This document shows, piece by piece, positions 59,857-64,000 of a DNA stretch of 64,000 nucleotides; the stretch's first letter is position 1; every line of letters begins with the position of its first letter. The notes below the pieces were generated by a model that was given only the letters and a program-made list of their open reading frames with translations, was not told the origin of the DNA and made no database searches. The stretch lies in contig JANQNK010000006.1 of the NCBI GenBank assembly GCA_028279595.1, positions 32,001 through 96,000 on the forward strand, in the 5' to 3' direction. Source of the stretch: Thermoplasmatota archaeon (GTDB lineage: Archaea; Thermoplasmatota; JAKEGO01). A program made the position numbers and the translations under genes.

Positions 59857-62800
59857 ATGCAAAGAATTGTGGTTGGAGCTAGCAGAATGCTTGCTCTTGT
59901 GATAGTTGGAGTAGCTGTATTGCTTGCGATCAGCATGGTCGCGACCGGGGCTAACTACGTCGTAGATGACGACAGTGGGACCTGGCGCGATTACGCCACG
60001 GTCGGTGAGGCGATCACGGCTGCTTCGGATGGAGATACGATCGATGTGTACGAAGGGACGTACAACGAGGACCTCGCGATCGCCGAGGAGCTGACGTTCA
60101 CCGGTAACGGCACCGGGACGATCATCAACGGCGACCACGACATAACCTCGGGCAGCGTCTACTTCTCGATGATCAACTTCACCAACACGTCCCCGACGGA
60201 CTACACCATCGTCGTGGATGCGTCCGGTGGGAACATCGACGTTCTCGAGTGGGAGGACTGTTACTTCGTACTCGGAGGATATGCCGGAATACACCTTGGT
60301 GGTGACACCGGTACCACGAACACGATCTCGAACGTCCTCATATCAAACACAGAGTTCTGGGGTCCGGCCAGCAAGGCCGCGAACCCGTTCAAGACTGGCG
60401 GCACATTCGCCACACCCGGCCTGGGTGTTGCGATCGACGACCTCGACTTCGTCGAGAACTCCGTCGTCCGCTGTTCGATACCCATCCTTCTGGAGGACAA
60501 CAACGTGAACGATGTCCTCATGGATGACAACACCTTCACTGGAACGGATGGTATCATCTACATCTACGGAGACAGCAGCCCGACCGGCGTGCTGTCGAAC
60601 TTCGTGTTCACCAACAACGAGATCGATGACACGAACTCGTACGGCGTGGCCGTTGGCTACCCGAACGGGACCTTCTCCGCTTCCAACCTCGGAACGGGGA
60701 ACATGGTCAACATGAACAACATCGACGTCGCTGGCGCCTACGGCATCGGCGGTCTCAGCAACTTCATGGGCGGAACACTTGACGGCTCGTCCAACTGGTG
60801 GGGCGCGACCGACGGCCCGAGCGGCTATGGCTCCGGCAGCGGTACCCCGATCACGGACGGCGTCATGTACAATCCGTATTACACCGAGATGGTCGGCAAT
60901 GTGACCAACACGCTCGTGATCGACTTCACCAAGTCACGAACTGTGAACGGATTCACAGGTACCATCGACTCGATATCGATCCCAACTGGCCAGACCGGTA
61001 CTATCATGAATTCGGACATCACCCTTGCCGGCGGCCTTGACATCGATGGGACGCTCATCATATCGGATTCGACGATAAGGGTCGGAGACACCATCTACGT
61101 GGATGGGATGTGGGTCTTCGAGGACAGCAAGAACACGCTGTACGCCCAGGACATCGTCATCAACGCGACGACCTACTGGAACAACTCGAACATCGTCATG
61201 GACTGTGTCAACGACGGCGATTATGCGATAAACGTCACCTCGACAGGATCGCTCTATGTGAACGACGACACGGTAATCACTGCAAACCTGACGAACCGCG
61301 AGTACAACTTCTGGGTATGGGACGGGGCGACCTTCGAGGTCCGAGACTCGACGATCAGCGAGGTCGGATATGTCGGAGGCGAGAACCCCTACAACCTATC
61401 CGTGTACATCGAGGCCGATGATGTGGTCCTCATCAACAACACCTTCGAGAACAACTGGTGGGGTCCGGTCTTCGCTTCGGGCGCCGACGACGGTGTGATA
61501 TATCACAACAGGCTCTTCGGCGAGCAGTTCGACGCTCTCGATTACGGTTCCAACAATGATTGGGACTACAACAACTGGTCGACCTACGCGGGATCCGACA
61601 GCGATGGGGATCATATCGGGGATTCAGCCTTTGCCATTGGTGGACTCTCTCTCTCCACCGATGACCATCCTCTGATGGATCCGATCCACTCGTGGATATG
61701 GGTGAACGGCAGCTTCGGTTCCGAGGGTCCAGTCTGGTACGACACGATCAACGAGGGTTACCGCGCTGTACTGCCCGGAATGGGCATCTACGTGTACAAC
61801 GGCACGTACGACGAACAGCTGACGATAACCAAGGACGGGATCACCCTTCAGGGCAGAAGCACCACAGACACGATAATCCAGCCGACCGCCGCGGTGGTCG
61901 CTGGAACGTATGACATCGAGATCGACGTCTCGAACGTCACCATCTTCGGCTTCCTGCTCGACTTCAACGGCGCGACCGATTCCCGCCAGGGGAACGCGAT
62001 CGTGGTCAGCGACTTCGGCGGACCCGTCGCGAGGAACGTCATGATCCGCGACAACGTGATCTACTCCGGCGACACAAGCCAGGCGATCCAGACCGGCAAG
62101 GATGCGGACATAGGCGGACTCGTCATCCGTGACAACATCATCTACTGCGACTGGGACAACCTCGGCGAGGGTGTCTACATCAACCCGTGGAACGGCACCG
62201 GCAACGTGACGATCTACATGAACGAGATCTACGGCTACCTGTTCTCCGGGATCAGCATCGAGGCCAGCAACGTCAACGCGGCCTTCAACACGATCGACAG
62301 CAACACGACCGCCGGGTTCTACGGCATCAGGGTGATCGACCTCTATGCGTCGCCCACGACCAAGACCGGCATAATCATCGACAACAACACGATCTCGAAC
62401 TGCGGGGACGGCATACGCCTCGGAACGACCACCGACGAGGACTCCGACATGACCGTCACCATCACCTCGAACGACATCCAGGACTGCGACGACGGTATCG
62501 ACGTCCGCTACGGCATCAACGCAAACTCCGTCGCGAACTGGAACTCGATATACAACAACAACAACTACAACGTGAACAGCATGGGCATAACCGTGCTGGA
62601 CGCGGACTTCAACTACTGGGGCGCCACGGACGAGCCGACGATCGCAGCGACGTTCTCGGACATGAACGATCTCGACTACAGCCCCTGGTACGATGCGACC
62701 TTCACGACCCTTTACTATGCTGATACCGCCGACCCGGTGACCACGCTCACCGTGGGGACGCCGAGCACGGGAGCCGGTCCGTACTATGTCACCGACGCGA

Positions 62801-64000
62801 CCGACCTGAACCTCAGCGCCACCGACGGCAACGGCACCGGTGTGGACGAGATCTACTACAGGATCTGGTACAACGCCGATCCATGGAGCGGATGGCTCAC
62901 CTACTCCGGCGACTTCCAGCTGAGCGGCGAGTGCACCCACCACGTGGAGTTCTACGCCGAGGACAACATCGGCAATACGGAAATGGTTCAGAACGAGACC
63001 TTCTATGTGGACCTCACCGCACCGACGACGACCGAGACCATCGGATCACCGTCGTCAGGCACATGGATCACGTCCTCGACCTCGATCAGCTATGCCGCGA
63101 CCGATGCGGGATGCAATGGCGGCGTCGGACTGGACGAGATATACTACAACCACTGGTACGGCGGCACCTGGGACGGCTACGTGACCTACAGCGGTGCAAT
63201 TACCCTCGCTGGCGAGGGCACCCACCACATCCTGGTCTACGCTGACGACCTGCTCGCGAACTCCGAGACCCCGACCAACTACACATACACACTCGATGAC
63301 ACGGCACCCGTCACCACCAACACGGTCGGGACGCCCAACTCCGGAATGTACGTGACATCTGCGACCACGTTCACACTGGGAGCGACCGACACGGGTGGTG
63401 TCGGAGTCGCTACCACAGAATACCGTGTCTACAACGGCGCCACCTGGACCGGATGGACCACCTATGCGGCTCCGTTCACACTTCCGGGGATCGATGGCAC
63501 CTACTTCATCGAGTTCAACTCCACCGACCTGGTTGCGAACGCGGAATCGACCAACAACGAGACCTACATAGTGGACGACACCGACCCCGTGAGCGTCAAG
63601 TACGTGGGAACCCCGCGGAACGGCACGATGGGAATGTGGGTGAACCAGTCGACCGTGTTCAACTTCACCGCGAACGACACCGGCGCCGGCATAGACGAGA
63701 TCTACTACAGGATCTGGACCGGCGGCGATCCGTGGGGCTCGTGGAACACATATTCGGGCAACTGGACATTCGGCGAGGACTGCTTCCACATAATCGAGTG
63801 GTACGCGGAGGACCTCGTGGGCAATGTTGAGGCGACACAGAACCAGACGCATTACGTCGACTCCGAGGGTCCGTGGTCCTACATATGGGTCGGAGAACCG
63901 AGCTTCAGGTTCAACGTGACGACCTCGACCGTCTTCAACCTTACCGCGTTCGACAACGGATGCAACTTCGGCGTCGGAGGCGAGATGATAATGTACAGGC
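59857..64000 (+). CDS. Very large secreted beta-helix plus Ig-like repeat surface protein (3' truncated; absent from the ORF track)
   Basis: GAGGTGA SD; MQRIVVGASRMLALVIVGVAVLLAISMVATGANYVVDDDSGTWRDY...; no in-frame stop noticed to the window end (>1380 aa). Confidence 0.9.
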   Translation, partial: MQRIVVGASRMLALVIVGVAVLLAISMVATGANYVVDDDSGTWRDYATVGEAITAASDGDTIDVYEGTYNEDLAIAEELTFTGNGTGTIINGDHDITSGSVYFSMINFTNTSPTDYTIVVDASGGNIDVLEWEDCYFVLGGYAGIHLGGDTGTTNTISNVLISNTEFWGPASKAANPFKTGGTFATPGLGVAIDDLDFVENSVVRCSIPILLEDNNVNDVLMDDNTFTGTDGIIYIYGDSSPTGVLSNFVFTNNEIDDTNSYGVAVGYPNGTFSASNLGTGNMVNMNNIDVAGAYGIGGLSNFMGGTLDGSSNWWGATDGPSGYGSGSGTPITDGVMYNPYYTEMVGNVTNTLVIDFTKSRTVNGFTGTIDSISIPTGQTGTIMNSDITLAGGLDIDGTLIISDSTIRVGDTIYVDGMWVFEDSKNTLYAQDIVINATTYWNNSNIVMDCVNDGDYAINVTSTGSLYVNDDTVITANLTNREYNFWVWDGATFEVRDSTISEVGYVGGENPYNLSVYIEADDVVLINNTFENNWWGPVFASGADDGVIYHNRLFGEQFDALDYGSNNDWDYNNWSTYAGSDSDGDHIGDSAFAIGGLSLSTDDHPLMDPIHSWIWVNGSFGSEGPVWYDTINEGYRAVLPGMGIYVYNGTYDEQLTITKDGITLQGRSTTDTIIQPTAAVVAGTYDIEIDVSNVTIFGFLLDFNGATDSRQGNAIVVSDFGGPVARNVMIRDNVIYSGDTSQAIQTGKDADIGGLVIRDNIIYCDWDNLGEGVYINPWNGTGNVTIYMNEIYGYLFSGISIEASNVNAAFNTIDSNTTAGFYGIRVIDLYASPTTKTGIIIDNNTISNCGDGIRLGTTTDEDSDMTVTITSNDIQDCDDGIDVRYGINANSVANWNSIYNNNNYNVNSMGITVLDADFNYWGATDEPTIAATFSDMNDLDYSPWYDATFTTLYYADTADPVTTLTVGTPSTGAGPYYVTDATDLNLSATDGNGTGVDEIYYRIWYNADPWSGWLTYSGDFQLSGECTHHVEFYAEDNIGNTEMVQNETFYVDLTAPTTTETIGSPSSGTWITSSTSISYAATDAGCNGGVGLDEIYYNHWYGGTWDGYVTYSGAITLAGEGTHHILVYADDLLANSETPTNYTYTLDDTAPVTTNTVGTPNSGMYVTSATTFTLGATDTGGVGVATTEYRVYNGATWTGWTTYAAPFTLPGIDGTYFIEFNSTDLVANAESTNNETYIVDDTDPVSVKYVGTPRNGTMGMWVNQSTVFNFTANDTGAGIDEIYYRIWTGGDPWGSWNTYSGNWTFGEDCFHIIEWYAEDLVGNVEATQNQTHYVDSEGPWSYIWVGEPSFRFNVTTSTVFNLTAFDNGCNFGVGGEMIMYR
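62722..64000 (+). repeat. Tandem ~97-aa Ig-like/OmpL47-type domain repeats within the last CDS
   Basis: Recurring D..AP.T...VG.P...VT..T...L.ATD...GVDEIYY...W..Y...L.G...H.IE.Y..D..GN.E units; four complete plus one partial. Confidence 0.8.

Noticed and set aside
61624-63852. Long minus-strand ORFs (439 aa and 265 aa), and similar antisense ORFs elsewhere in the window
   Set aside because: Antisense shadows of strongly codon-biased plus-strand genes; Val/Asp/Arg-rich with no motifs

Overview
GC-rich archaeal chromosomal window, most consistent with an uncultured Thermoplasmatota/Thermoplasmata lineage. The assignment is inferred from radA, tfs, aMBF1, rps17e, archaeal alaS/trpS, a class III pilin, a PEF-CTERM-like anchor and TATA/BRE promoters. 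It holds about 58 CDS, mostly housekeeping, plus amino-acid/acyl-CoA catabolism (hutI, a B12 acyl-CoA mutase, acetoacetate-CoA ligase), a mevalonate-entry operon and three large secreted beta-helix surface proteins (the last runs off the window end). I saw no rRNA, tRNA, CRISPR array, integrase or transposase. Main highlights: (1) the thiolase in the HMG-CoA synthase-thiolase-DUF35 operon has lost its nucleophilic Cys, its HDCF Cys and its GHP His, while an acetoacetate-CoA ligase in the same window could supply acetoacetyl-CoA, suggesting a rewired entry into isoprenoid lipid synthesis; (2) an unannotated box C/D guide RNA whose D guide predicts 2'-O-methylation of C34 in an intron-containing pre-tRNA-Met; (3) the mutase carries the Phe/Gln isobutyryl-CoA mutase signature; (4) a presenilin homolog with a ~220-aa inserted ectodomain; (5) a ~128-nt structured HgcC-like RNA; (6) a cloverleaf-folding element upstream of a nuclease-less Mrr-N winged-helix protein with a lysine-rich tail; (7) three microproteins missed by the ORF track, two of them in a self-contained operon. 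All family calls come from motif recognition only; no database searches were run.
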